Shown here piece after piece: positions 39,001 to 47,737 of a DNA stretch of 64,000 nt. The notes beneath the pieces are model-generated. The model saw only the letters and a list, made by a program, of their open reading frames with translations. It did no database searches and was not told where the DNA came from. The number at the start of each line of letters is the position of its first letter. Position 1 is the first letter of the stretch. The stretch is taken from the IMG/VR virus record IMGVR_UViG_3300047160_004333, positions 4,097 to 68,096 of that record; one strand, given 5' to 3'. Origin of the DNA: a virus (Duplodnaviria; Caudoviricetes). Both the position numbers and the translations under genes were made by a program.

Positions 39001-39676
39001 CGAGTTCTTGGCTGGCGGTGCCAATTCTCCTGCGGGACAGATTACCTTTGCCAATACAGCAATCGGTCATATGGCTGATGCGAGTGATGCATTGGAAGAA
39101 CTGAAATCTATGCCAGGATTTCTTGCTGATGTGGGGCGCTCGAATCTTCCGTTCCTAAGTTACGCCGCTGAACAACTTCGAAACGAGTCGGTGAAAGGCA
39201 CGGCGCTCGGGCGCGCTCTCAATAAGTATGTAACGGCATCGACGCTTGCCGGTGCTGAAATAGCAAAACTGTATTCCGGCACGACCGGAAGCCAAGAGGA
39301 GAGAAACACTGTTCGCGCTCCATTTGATCCAAACAAATCGTATTTTGAATTGACGGGTGCAATCGATCAGTCTGCGCATATGCTTGGAAGCCGCACCAAG
39401 GCTTTAGAGGAGAGATGGGACACAGCAATGAATGCGCCGGGACTATCCAAGTATGGAACCAAGGAGGAGTTTAGACAATTCCCGGTTCTTAAGAAGCGAG
39501 CAACAGATGCTCTTGAGAGGATTGCGACGCGCGCTACCGAAGCATCACCAGAAACTCAGAAGCCAAAGACCGATGAGGATCGTGCTGCGCTTGAGTGGTT
39601 CAAGACAGCCAAGCCAGATGATCCGAATTACGAGCGCATCAAAAACAATCTGAAGAAAAAGGGATTGATACAGTAA
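36023..39676 (+). CDS. DNA ejection/pilot protein with lysozyme-like domain
   Basis: MCG...TT..Q-rich N-terminus, MSPYIQNVVD, FGGDRAGV; SKIESGGNY...YGRYQY lytic transglycosylase-like motif; 33-nt tandem duplication 37580-37645. Confidence 0.75.
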   Translation: MCGKSTPQGVSTGSTTSGGTGVTSATTLPASPFTAGLYNQVLQSGYNLPQTPFNPATLGQLAAWTPQQQQAADQLFNMGMGMGTFDPNQIQQIMSPYIQNVVDATQNQFANANAQQANQLVGQAIRSGNIFGGDRAGVAAAQLAGQQQLAQAPVIAGEYQAGYGQALNEYNLLKQLGLGGAQTAFGAAGLLPAYQQRALDLAQQNAIQQSAYPFQLANWQAAIASGVGPLTGTTGTTNYNVSAYQTPPPPNPYTQGLGLATAGLNALPGFMNWWNAPSSGQLSSGATGTVNPATGQYAKHGGLIGYDNGGRIPLAHVIDHVVPHRQAGGPSTPFDEIVVGGRTGGPHHWMGMPRIAGREPMPLPQVNLPGTRGAPGGSGAPGSLAGATTPYSALANLITSGSKALPGLGKTTTGGLGGGTTITEIGDSGAGTYTNKEAAEEKHGGLVGYQEGGDVPMPMFTASKPLPLMNVSIPGLPGMDGRGGGGTGTGTGSGSSSSSFGSPASFVTALMNPNTLTSLGSLGSSAMSGLGSLGSSAMSGLGSVAGGIGDAFAGAGGAIMDALPFLALAKRGGLVPRSYQGGGEVDPEEGPSYQVAGDPPSHYQGIMDKTGMSPEDVQAIRAGVSKIESGGNYGLRRYPGQSNYGRYQYNDRDVRDIARNVYGERPPSYQQLMSNPDLQEKYYAGYLENAHDRLSGYSAYANADPQDKARMLAMSQFGPLNALRAITSNMSFRDANGTPIGVFRTAYNSAKASGADPDTPDAGAETVASEAARVSPAQAGLGPGTISRIPGMQDRPRTPFEEWARSPITRAGLAMATTSSPYFMTGIGQGLEAAAGALESGYQEDIQKDRPNKMITLEDGTIAFMSNTGKLVTTKGLKKYNAPHYEKITDPDTGKTRIFQISPDGTSKDVTPAGTATEATKTDNKDLHGREYLETIANDPDRNLVESVGNYELDPIRAVSLAKGERKRFLNKVLAFNPGYDQRYWTGSNRTVTEFLAGGANSPAGQITFANTAIGHMADASDALEELKSMPGFLADVGRSNLPFLSYAAEQLRNESVKGTALGRALNKYVTASTLAGAEIAKLYSGTTGSQEERNTVRAPFDPNKSYFELTGAIDQSAHMLGSRTKALEERWDTAMNAPGLSKYGTKEEFRQFPVLKKRATDALERIATRATEASPETQKPKTDEDRAALEWFKTAKPDDPNYERIKNNLKKKGLIQ

Positions 39677-42600
39677 TGCCGCCCTTTGATCCCAATACTT
39701 ATGGGAAAGAAGAGAAGCCGTTTGATCCCAGTACTTACGGGAAAGAGAAAGAACAACAGGAACAACCTGCTGACTTAGGCGGCATGCCGCCAACAACAGC
39801 GCCGCCACCAGCTTGGATGACTGATATCCCGCGCGAGACTTATGAGGCTGGCAAGCATGCAATCAAATCGGTGATAGGGGCGCTTAATCCATTCTCGGCG
39901 CGCCGTCAGGCCGACATCGAAGCTCGACAGCGCGAAGGCTGGGCTGGTCTAGCTCACGAACCTGGGCGCATCTTGCGAGCAGGCAAGGAGTTTGCCGGTG
40001 CGCCACTCAATGTTGCGGGCGTGCCGTTCACGCCGATTAGCACAGTCGGCGGTCATGCGATTTCGGCGGTAACGCCGGTTCCTTACGAAGAGGCCAAGGG
40101 GATAGTCAACACTGCGCTGATGGGGCTGGGGCCTCGGCGGGCTGGTGCGCCGATAAATCCACGACGTCCTGTCTCAGGAGGATGGGCACCTGCTCCATTG
40201 CCTGCGTCACCTGTCCAACCAGGGGTCACATTAAGCGAGGGGCAAGCTACCGGAGACCTCGCGGCGATCCAGCGCGAGCAGGCTGCGTTGCGTGGTCCAG
40301 CAGCATCCGGCGAGGAGGCCTATCAACAGGCCCAGGCATTCGATGCGCAGCAACGTGCGCAGATTGAGCTAGAGCGAGAGAGAATAGCAGGCAACCTCGA
40401 TCCTACTTTCGAGCAGTTTGGTGAAGTCGCCACAACTCCGCAAGATGCGGGAGCATTGGTTTCGAGAGGAGTGACGGGTGCTCGTGATGTTGCTCGAACA
40501 GGAGTTCAGGAGGCCTATGAAGCGGCAAAAGCGATGCCCGGTGAAGTCCATGCCGGTGTGTTCGAGAATGCGGGACAGAGGATCAAGGGCGATCTCTCGC
40601 TGCGTGACGAGCCTATCATCGTTGATGACAAGCTCACGCCGCACGCTGCTGCGATGCTAGATTACTTGGATGGCCAAGTCGCCAACCTTCGTATTCAGAA
40701 CAAAGCCGATCCGTTTGGCGCGCCTGATCCCACGCGCATCACGGGTGTCAATCTCACTGGCGTCGATCAATGGCGCAAGAACTTAGTCGCCTTTCGCAGG
40801 CAGGCTTTTGAGAGTCGTAACACCTCTGATGCGCGAGCAGCACGCGAGGTCGTGCGCGCCTTTGACCGCATGGTCGATAGCGCGATGGATCGCGGCTTGT
40901 TCACAGGCGATGCTGGGGCGCTTGATGCTTTCAGGAGAGCGCGCTCGTTACATTCTGAATATGCCGAGATGTTCACCGGCCGCAAAGGCAACCCTGTAGG
41001 ACAGGCAGTCGAGAAGATACTCGGTCGCGATCAGATTCCCCCGGCAGCGGCGGATGCGGTTCTCGACATGCTGTATGGCGCGGCTGGCCAGAAGCCAACG
41101 GCGGTCAATCTCGAAACCATGCGGCGTGTTAGAGGGATTTTGGGAGAGGGGTCGCCCGAATGGTCCGCGGCGAAGCAGGCACTCTGGCAGCGGTTAGTTG
41201 AGAGAGCGGAAGGCGCGACCGAAATGGGGCGCGCGGCGGCTCAGAACCGTCTTGCCGAGTTTCTCAACGGTCGTGGCCGTGATCTTGCAAATACGATTTA
41301 TGCTCCACATGAACGCGCGATGATGCGCGACTACATGACCCTGATGGAGCAACTGCGTGTTCCACAGGCTGGTGCGCAATGGTCGAACAACTACCCTCTA
41401 CTCAATGCGCTCAATAAAGCCGGTGGCATGGCTGGGAGCATGGTGGGCCTGTATCTCGGGCACAAGCTCGGCTTACCGTATCTGATCGGTGAGGCGGCAG
41501 GTGTAGCCACTGCACACGGGGTCAGCAAGATTCCATCTCTTGTGCGGATGAGCCGCGAGCAGCAGGCCGCGCGACAGATTAGACAGCAGATGCCGCTCGT
41601 TGCCGATCAAGCCCGTGCATACGAGGCGGCTTTGCGGGCCGCGCGACGAAGGAACGCCCCGCCATCAGCGGGTGCAGCGCTCACGATTGCGAGTAATAAT
41701 CTCGTTCGCGTACTCGAACACGCCTTTCCTTCCGGCCTCCTCGGGCAAGCGCGTGCTGTAGGCGATACCCAGGACCAACAGAACCAGCCACCACCAGTCA
41801 GTGGTCAGGCTAAAGGCGGCAAGGTAGTAAAGAAACATTTTCAGTTTGCTCACGGCGGCCATGTCAAGCGCCTCCAATTGTCAGTGCATTACCGGCAGGA
41901 TCGCGGTACCAAGGCCGAGCATTGCGGCAATTGCAGCATGTTCGTGCCGCCGCACGGCTGCACCGAGGTCAAGGGACGCATCCTGCCGAGGGGCAAGTGT
42001 GACTTGTGGGAGGCTAAAAAAAAACTTCAGGAGGGCGGCGTAGTTGATCTGCCCGAGGTCGTGGTAACGCCGCATGAGACCAAGCTCACGCCCGAAGAAG
42101 AGATCAACTTTCAGGCCTGGAAACATCATCACGCGCCGCACGATAGCGGTATGGACTACGATCTACGGGGCGCATTCAAGGCAGGCTTGATGCCGGACCC
42201 GGAGACCGGGCATTGGCCTGACACATACAAAAAGCCCAACCACCCGACGTTCTCCGATCAGTCGATCTATGCGCGCGAGCGGCCGGGGATGGCAGGCCGG
42301 TGGGAAGGCGAGCAGTATCTGCCGCCGCATATTGCTGCGGCTGCTGCACAACCGACAACGCCACCGTCGTCATTCAATGCAGCGCTCGGTATGCCCACGG
42401 TGCCTGCGCCGATTGTGCCGCCTCGACCTAACGTAGCGCCGGACCTGGGTGAGATACCGGAAGGGGCCACCGAGCAGGAGCGACGGGACATCGCGGCCAA
42501 GCGCATGTTGCAGCCACGGTTCTGGGCCGAGCAGGCGTTCCCGCATATCGTTGAAGGTTTGCTCGACTGGATGAAGGGACCGGGCAAGGCTCGATATGGA

Positions 42601-44916
42601 GAGATGCCGCCCGAGGAGCAGGTACAGTGGGCGGCCGGTACAGCGCTCGGCATGTTGGGGATGGGTGCGGGACGTGCAGCCTCGCCAATGGGGCATGGTG
42701 AGGTCGAGCTTGGCGTTGCGGGCGGACGCAGAGCACCGCCTAAGCCAAGTCCGGCAGCGGAACGTATGGTGACACTCTATCATGGCACGCCAGCAGCGGA
42801 GCAGATTAAGCGTGCAGGCCGAATCGAGGCACCCGTCTATCTTAGCAGTCGTAAAAGCAGTGCCGAGCAATACGGGGATGTTATTCCCGTCCAAGTTCCG
42901 AAGAGTGCCTTAAAGATTGATGCCGATCTTCCTGGCGGCAAGTTATTAAGCATCAAAGAGGCGAATGATTATTTTGGAAACAAGGGATGGACAATTGATG
43001 ATTATCTTGCGTCTGATCGTTACAGTTTTGCCGCCCCAAATGACGTCGCTCTGCGCGAACCGCTGATGACACCAGAGATGCTGGCGCGGCAGCAGGCGGC
43101 TCGCGAGCGCGCTGCTGGGGCTACAGAAGAAACCTACCAACGAGAACGCGACAAGCCGATCCTTGATGCAATTGCGCGGCAGTATCCGCAGAAGGCTCCG
43201 GGGATAGAGGGGTTGCTCAATCCGCTGCCAATCCCCGATAAGCATGTCGCTGCCATGGGACGAAAGAGCAAGCGCGGTCCAGACGTGGGGGCCTCTGGTA
43301 ATCCTGCTATAGAATTACCTGCCACGAAAACCATACCAAACATTCATGTGGGCAATGTTGACTTTGATCAGTGGCTAGGGCGGACAGAAACGATCCTGTC
43401 ACCAGAGGAAATCCAGCAAGCGCGGCGCTGGTATCGAGACGCTCTGCCTGTTTACGAACAATACTTCGGCAAGGAAAAAGCACCAGCGATGCTGGGCGCA
43501 TGGTTGACTGCGAACGTCCATGCCACACCATCATTTGCGCAACTCAGTGCAGTGCGAACGCTTGAGCAGTACTTGAACAAGACAGGAGAGTTCAGTCCGC
43601 AGAAGAAGGGCGGGCTGGCTCACGAAAAGCTCATGGAGTACTGGGACGCAATCCTCTCAGGCAATCTACACAATCTGAAAGCGGAAGGTTCTGGGCAAAA
43701 GATTTACGACTTCATCGATAGCGCACTCGGAAAGAACACGCGCACGTTCTATGGCGACAATCCTGCGGCTGGCAAACCAGCGGTGGCCGACGTTCATTCC
43801 CTGCGCGACATGGGGTTTGTGGACGAGCCATTGCTTAATTGGATCAAAAAGAACTACGGCGAGGATGTCGCCGCCAAAATCCAGATGGACATGAAGGGTC
43901 TTTCACCTGGAGAGGCGCAGTATGAATGGGCGGCAGACAAGATGCGCAGGTTCACTGATGAGTTGAATCGGCGGGGCTACATGGGCGGCAATTGGGAGCC
44001 GTATGAACTCCAAGCGGTGGGTTGGACGGCGATGTCCAAACTGCTCGGCGGGAAAGCCGAGATGCCCTCTGGGGCCATTGAAGCAAACATCCGCAACCTG
44101 TCATATGAACTCGACTTCGGTGCGGGCGCTCCGTACCACAAGAAGTTTCGTGACTGGGGCAATCTGACCGGAGACCAGAAGGAGGCGGTTAGCAAAACTA
44201 TCCTTCCTCACATTGTTGACTTCGCAAAAGAGATCACTGGGGCACATGAGTTCCAGCGTCCGTTCGGATTAGGAGGTTGGCATGAGGTCACCAACCCCTC
44301 ATATAAAAGCCGTCTCATTGCCTCACCGGAGGTCGCTGGTGATGTTGCCGACATCATTGGCTACCTTGCACAGCAGACTGAAATATTCGGCTACAAGTGG
44401 GAAAACGCAGGCAACAAACCTGGGATTGCTCTTTACGGACCTGACTTCGCGGATAAGACCAAGGTTGCAAATCTGTGGACTTCACTGATTGAAAGGCATC
44501 CTGATTTTGCTGCTGGTTTCTCGCCTTCGATCAGGCCTGACGGCATTCCCGGCATCGAGATCATTCTCGACAAGGGTGGAGAGAAAATGTTACAAAGAGT
44601 GCAGCAGGAAATGGTGCCAGCGATTAAGGACATCGGCACGATCCATGGATTTAGTCGGATAGAAGTTGAAGATTTTAGATCAAGGGAGGCGAGCCGTGGC
44701 CACGACTGGGAAGCCGACCCGAGAGGCGGAAGTTATCTACAAAGGCTCAGTGCCCGCTACGGACCCTCGATACGGCGGCGGCTGGAATTATTTAAGCGGG
44801 AAAAACTTGAACCCGCACTCCGCGAGGCCATCCAGGGAGCAAGGCAAGGGCCGCAAGGCCGAGCCAAAGGCGGAAAAGTAGCTCACCGAATCATGTATCC
44901 TGCCAGGCATGGTTAG
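39676..44916 (+). CDS. 1746-aa multidomain ejection/polyvalent protein (HiPIP-like, ART-like, HhH-GPD-like domains)
   Basis: C-x2-C-x8-C-x12-C-x2-W; LYHGT...VYLS...AEQYG; WY...KIYDF...VADVH...QAVGW. Confidence 0.7.
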   Translation: MPPFDPNTYGKEEKPFDPSTYGKEKEQQEQPADLGGMPPTTAPPPAWMTDIPRETYEAGKHAIKSVIGALNPFSARRQADIEARQREGWAGLAHEPGRILRAGKEFAGAPLNVAGVPFTPISTVGGHAISAVTPVPYEEAKGIVNTALMGLGPRRAGAPINPRRPVSGGWAPAPLPASPVQPGVTLSEGQATGDLAAIQREQAALRGPAASGEEAYQQAQAFDAQQRAQIELERERIAGNLDPTFEQFGEVATTPQDAGALVSRGVTGARDVARTGVQEAYEAAKAMPGEVHAGVFENAGQRIKGDLSLRDEPIIVDDKLTPHAAAMLDYLDGQVANLRIQNKADPFGAPDPTRITGVNLTGVDQWRKNLVAFRRQAFESRNTSDARAAREVVRAFDRMVDSAMDRGLFTGDAGALDAFRRARSLHSEYAEMFTGRKGNPVGQAVEKILGRDQIPPAAADAVLDMLYGAAGQKPTAVNLETMRRVRGILGEGSPEWSAAKQALWQRLVERAEGATEMGRAAAQNRLAEFLNGRGRDLANTIYAPHERAMMRDYMTLMEQLRVPQAGAQWSNNYPLLNALNKAGGMAGSMVGLYLGHKLGLPYLIGEAAGVATAHGVSKIPSLVRMSREQQAARQIRQQMPLVADQARAYEAALRAARRRNAPPSAGAALTIASNNLVRVLEHAFPSGLLGQARAVGDTQDQQNQPPPVSGQAKGGKVVKKHFQFAHGGHVKRLQLSVHYRQDRGTKAEHCGNCSMFVPPHGCTEVKGRILPRGKCDLWEAKKKLQEGGVVDLPEVVVTPHETKLTPEEEINFQAWKHHHAPHDSGMDYDLRGAFKAGLMPDPETGHWPDTYKKPNHPTFSDQSIYARERPGMAGRWEGEQYLPPHIAAAAAQPTTPPSSFNAALGMPTVPAPIVPPRPNVAPDLGEIPEGATEQERRDIAAKRMLQPRFWAEQAFPHIVEGLLDWMKGPGKARYGEMPPEEQVQWAAGTALGMLGMGAGRAASPMGHGEVELGVAGGRRAPPKPSPAAERMVTLYHGTPAAEQIKRAGRIEAPVYLSSRKSSAEQYGDVIPVQVPKSALKIDADLPGGKLLSIKEANDYFGNKGWTIDDYLASDRYSFAAPNDVALREPLMTPEMLARQQAARERAAGATEETYQRERDKPILDAIARQYPQKAPGIEGLLNPLPIPDKHVAAMGRKSKRGPDVGASGNPAIELPATKTIPNIHVGNVDFDQWLGRTETILSPEEIQQARRWYRDALPVYEQYFGKEKAPAMLGAWLTANVHATPSFAQLSAVRTLEQYLNKTGEFSPQKKGGLAHEKLMEYWDAILSGNLHNLKAEGSGQKIYDFIDSALGKNTRTFYGDNPAAGKPAVADVHSLRDMGFVDEPLLNWIKKNYGEDVAAKIQMDMKGLSPGEAQYEWAADKMRRFTDELNRRGYMGGNWEPYELQAVGWTAMSKLLGGKAEMPSGAIEANIRNLSYELDFGAGAPYHKKFRDWGNLTGDQKEAVSKTILPHIVDFAKEITGAHEFQRPFGLGGWHEVTNPSYKSRLIASPEVAGDVADIIGYLAQQTEIFGYKWENAGNKPGIALYGPDFADKTKVANLWTSLIERHPDFAAGFSPSIRPDGIPGIEIILDKGGEKMLQRVQQEMVPAIKDIGTIHGFSRIEVEDFRSREASRGHDWEADPRGGSYLQRLSARYGPSIRRRLELFKREKLEPALREAIQGARQGPQGRAKGGKVAHRIMYPARHG

Positions 44917-45304
44917 CCTGGTCCCTGGCTCCCTGCGCCACTATCTCTTTGCGCTGATCGTGTTCGCGGTCGCGTGCCTGCTTGCGTATATCCTACTCAG
45001 TCTGGCGCGCGACGAGCCGGGGCCCATCGTCTATGGGGCCGAGCCGCTGCCGGTGCCGCAACTCTACCAGGGCATTCCGCTTGACGCTCACTTGCTTCGC
45101 TTGGACCGGCGTGCCTTGGATGAGGCGTATCACACGCAAGTCATTTTTCTGTTCACCGTCTGCCTTAAAGACGGGTGCAAAGACTCGCAGTACTTCAGCA
45201 ACGGCATGCGCAACGCGCGCCGGTTCTACGCTCAGGCAGCGAGCCAGATCGCGGAGCGCGAGAAAGAGTTGATCGAGAAAGGCTTCATGGAGGAAGCTCG
45301 ATGA
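44909..45304 (+). CDS. Single-TM membrane protein, possible lysis accessory
   Basis: N-terminal hydrophobic helix; lies upstream of the endolysin. Confidence 0.55.
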   Translation: MVSLVPGSLRHYLFALIVFAVACLLAYILLSLARDEPGPIVYGAEPLPVPQLYQGIPLDAHLLRLDRRALDEAYHTQVIFLFTVCLKDGCKDSQYFSNGMRNARRFYAQAASQIAEREKELIEKGFMEEAR

Positions 45305-45364
45305 CCGCGCGCGCGCTGAAGCGAGATGTAAACGGCCAATTTTCAGGAGCATAAAGCAATGAGG

Positions 45365-45877
45365 TTAGCAGCGAGAGGCTCTTCGGTTATTGACCTGCTC
45401 CTTTCGCGTTGCCCATCGACAGTTACCCGGTTCGTAATTGCCGTCGTTATTGATGCGATCAAGCGACAGCCCTGGCGGGGCACGGCCCATATCCGCAAGG
45501 AAGTTTTTAAAGCTATCCAACCATCGCTGGCAAATCATAATGCCACGACCGCCATAGTTCTTATACGCAGGGCAATTCGGATTGAGGCAGCGCTTTCGCA
45601 TACTATGCCAGCGCTGGTATTCACTCGTTCGTTTTTGGTTTCGAGTGCGCGAATGCGCCTCACCATGGGTGAAGTGCGTTTGTGCAGCCCGCTCACGCTG
45701 CAAACAACCACACGATTGCGTATGGCCGTTGCGCAGATTGCTGCCAAATACCGTGATTATTTTCCCGCACTCGCAACGACATTCCCACATCGCTTCGCCG
45801 CGATGGTCACTGCGGAGATATCGGAGAACCAGCAATCGACCAAAGCGCTGAGTAGTAATATCTTTGCGCCGGGACAC
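45365..45877 (-). CDS. HNH homing endonuclease with N-terminal Cys-rich domain, inserted antisense in the lysis module
   Basis: QRFGRL.V, WECRCECG, SCGC, YGGRGI.IC.RW, SLDRINNDGNYEPGNCRWAT; GTG start with SD GGGAGG. Confidence 0.92.
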   Translation of the reverse strand: MSRRKDITTQRFGRLLVLRYLRSDHRGEAMWECRCECGKIITVFGSNLRNGHTQSCGCLQRERAAQTHFTHGEAHSRTRNQKRTSEYQRWHSMRKRCLNPNCPAYKNYGGRGIMICQRWLDSFKNFLADMGRAPPGLSLDRINNDGNYEPGNCRWATRKEQVNNRRASRC

Positions 45878-45954
45878 AGCAGCCTCCCACAAGGTTGCGG
45901 TTCAAGTGGCGGTCGGGCGTTCCTGCGTCCGACCGCCGCGCATTGGAGGATGGC

Positions 45955-46983
45955 ATGACAAGCATTACGATATCTAGCGGGCACGGGCTTTACGTCAGAG
46001 GAGCCAGTGGTAGCCCTGTACCTCCACAACTTGATGAGGTCGATACTGCACGATGGGTAGTCGACCGCATCGCACAGTACCTGGAGCACGCGGGCGTCAC
46101 TGCGCATGTCATCCACGACAATGTCAGTCATAGTCAGTCGGCCAACCTCGACTGGCTGGTCGATCAACATAACAGGACCGAGCGGACCTACGATATCTCA
46201 GTTCATATGAATGCGTACGATGGCAATGCTCATGGCTGCGAGGTGCTCTACACATCGGATGCAGGCAGGGCGCTGGCGCAAGAGCTTGTGGATGCCATCT
46301 GTCTTGCTGGCGACTTCACCAACCGAGGACCCAAGGAGCGCAACGATCTCGCATGGCTCAACGGTACGGAAGAGGTAGCCTGCCTAATTGAACTGGCATT
46401 TTGTGACCATACCGGCGATTGCCAACGGGTGACCGCACGCGGAGACGCGATTTGCCGCGCGATTGCGGAGGTGCTCGCAGGCAAGGCCATCGGCACGCCG
46501 CCACCGACCGAGCCACCGGAGTGGCCGGAAGACCGCCCGCCCGAGCCCGAGTATCTGTTCTATGCGCGCGGTCGCATGTCGACCTTCGGGGGGCCAACCG
46601 ACGAAAAGGTAAGCAGTTCAGAGGGCCTCGCCTTCTTCTACCAGCCAAGTGAGTGTCCGCATCTCATGCTCTCGGAGCAACCGCCAGGGACCACCGGGAT
46701 GGCCCGCAGACTCGACACCAATGTGTTCTACGTGGCGTGCCGCTGGCCATACGATGCAGGCGTTCCCAAGGACATGCTGCGCAATCAGATGCTCAAGGCA
46801 GCGGTGCGCAATCCACACAATGGCAAAGTATTTGCGGCATTCCCGGCAGACTGGGGCCCCCATGAGGAAGAGACCAGCGGTAGGACGGCTGACCTATCGC
46901 CCGCCCTAGCCGAAGCGCTGGGCTTGGCCACCGACGACGAATGCGAGGTGGCGTATCCCGTGGCTAATGGGGCAGATGTTTAA
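45955..46983 (+). CDS. Endolysin: N-acetylmuramoyl-L-alanine amidase (Amidase_3) plus C-terminal DPBB-like domain
   Basis: ISSGHG, LDE, ISVHMNA, G.EVLY, CLIELAF.D; C-terminal STFGG, PADWGP..GR.ADLSP; SD GGAGG. Confidence 0.85.
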   Translation: MTSITISSGHGLYVRGASGSPVPPQLDEVDTARWVVDRIAQYLEHAGVTAHVIHDNVSHSQSANLDWLVDQHNRTERTYDISVHMNAYDGNAHGCEVLYTSDAGRALAQELVDAICLAGDFTNRGPKERNDLAWLNGTEEVACLIELAFCDHTGDCQRVTARGDAICRAIAEVLAGKAIGTPPPTEPPEWPEDRPPEPEYLFYARGRMSTFGGPTDEKVSSSEGLAFFYQPSECPHLMLSEQPPGTTGMARRLDTNVFYVACRWPYDAGVPKDMLRNQMLKAAVRNPHNGKVFAAFPADWGPHEEETSGRTADLSPALAEALGLATDDECEVAYPVANGADV

Positions 46984-46989
46984 ACGACG

Positions 46990-47325
46990 TTAAGCGGCCT
47001 CTTCTTTCTTTGCCGGTGTACCGCCTATGGGCATGACAAAATCGCTGTCGGGCGCAGTGGCCCCGTCTTTCATCACTACAACATTGCTGCGATTATCTGT
47101 GGAGCCGCCGGTCTCGATCACGAGCAGATTGACTGTCCCCTCGGTGCCATGACCCGCGACGATTGCGATACATGGCTGCGTATTGCTGGTTGAATGAGAA
47201 CTGCCGGGCTGGGAATAGAACGCGACCATGGAGCCGATGGCAGGAAGCTCGGCTGGCGGGGGCGGCTTGCGCTCCTCGACCTCTTCTTCGTCGTGAGAAA
47301 CGTGACGGATAGGATGCCGGGCCAT
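46990..47325 (-). CDS. Small beta-barrel phage protein
   Basis: P.IGSMVAFY, AIV...GTVNLLV; SD AGGAGG. Confidence 0.6.
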   Translation of the reverse strand: MARHPIRHVSHDEEEVEERKPPPPAELPAIGSMVAFYSQPGSSHSTSNTQPCIAIVAGHGTEGTVNLLVIETGGSTDNRSNVVVMKDGATAPDSDFVMPIGGTPAKKEEAA

Positions 47326-47521
47326 AGGGTCTCCTCCTGTGGTAACGAGAATCACCGGAAGGATAGCATGTCTTTATCTTGCTTTTGTTGCTGGGATGGG
47401 ACAGCTTCGGGCCGCCTATCGGGTAGGCCTCTGGAGAGGCTGCGCCGAGCGGCCCTCGGCAAGCGGCAAGGAGATCGTCTAGAACCCCACTTCGTATTCG
47501 ATAGGGGGAGACGCCGCTGGA

Positions 47522-47737
47522 CTAACCACTCGGCGGCGTCGCTCCCGTGATCAGTCTGCCGATCTCTTCTTCTACGGTGGCGGCAGGTCTGCTGTTCCCT
47601 CTTTTTTCCTTCTCAAGAGGTTCATTCAGCCCGATTGCGGATGTGAGATATTTAACGTCCTGATCGAGCTTGTCGGCTAGTTGGCGCATCTGCCGCGCCG
47701 TCTCGCGAAACCGTTCAAGACTTTCTCTCAGAGACAT
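47522..47737 (-). CDS. Hypothetical coiled-coil protein
   Basis: ORF in the leftward operon. Confidence 0.5.
   Translation of the reverse strand: MSLRESLERFRETARQMRQLADKLDQDVKYLTSAIGLNEPLEKEKRGNSRPAATVEEEIGRLITGATPPSG

Noticed and set aside
45301-45954. Group I intron hosting the antisense HNH
   Set aside because: Flanking genes look intact and no P7/catalytic core motifs were seen
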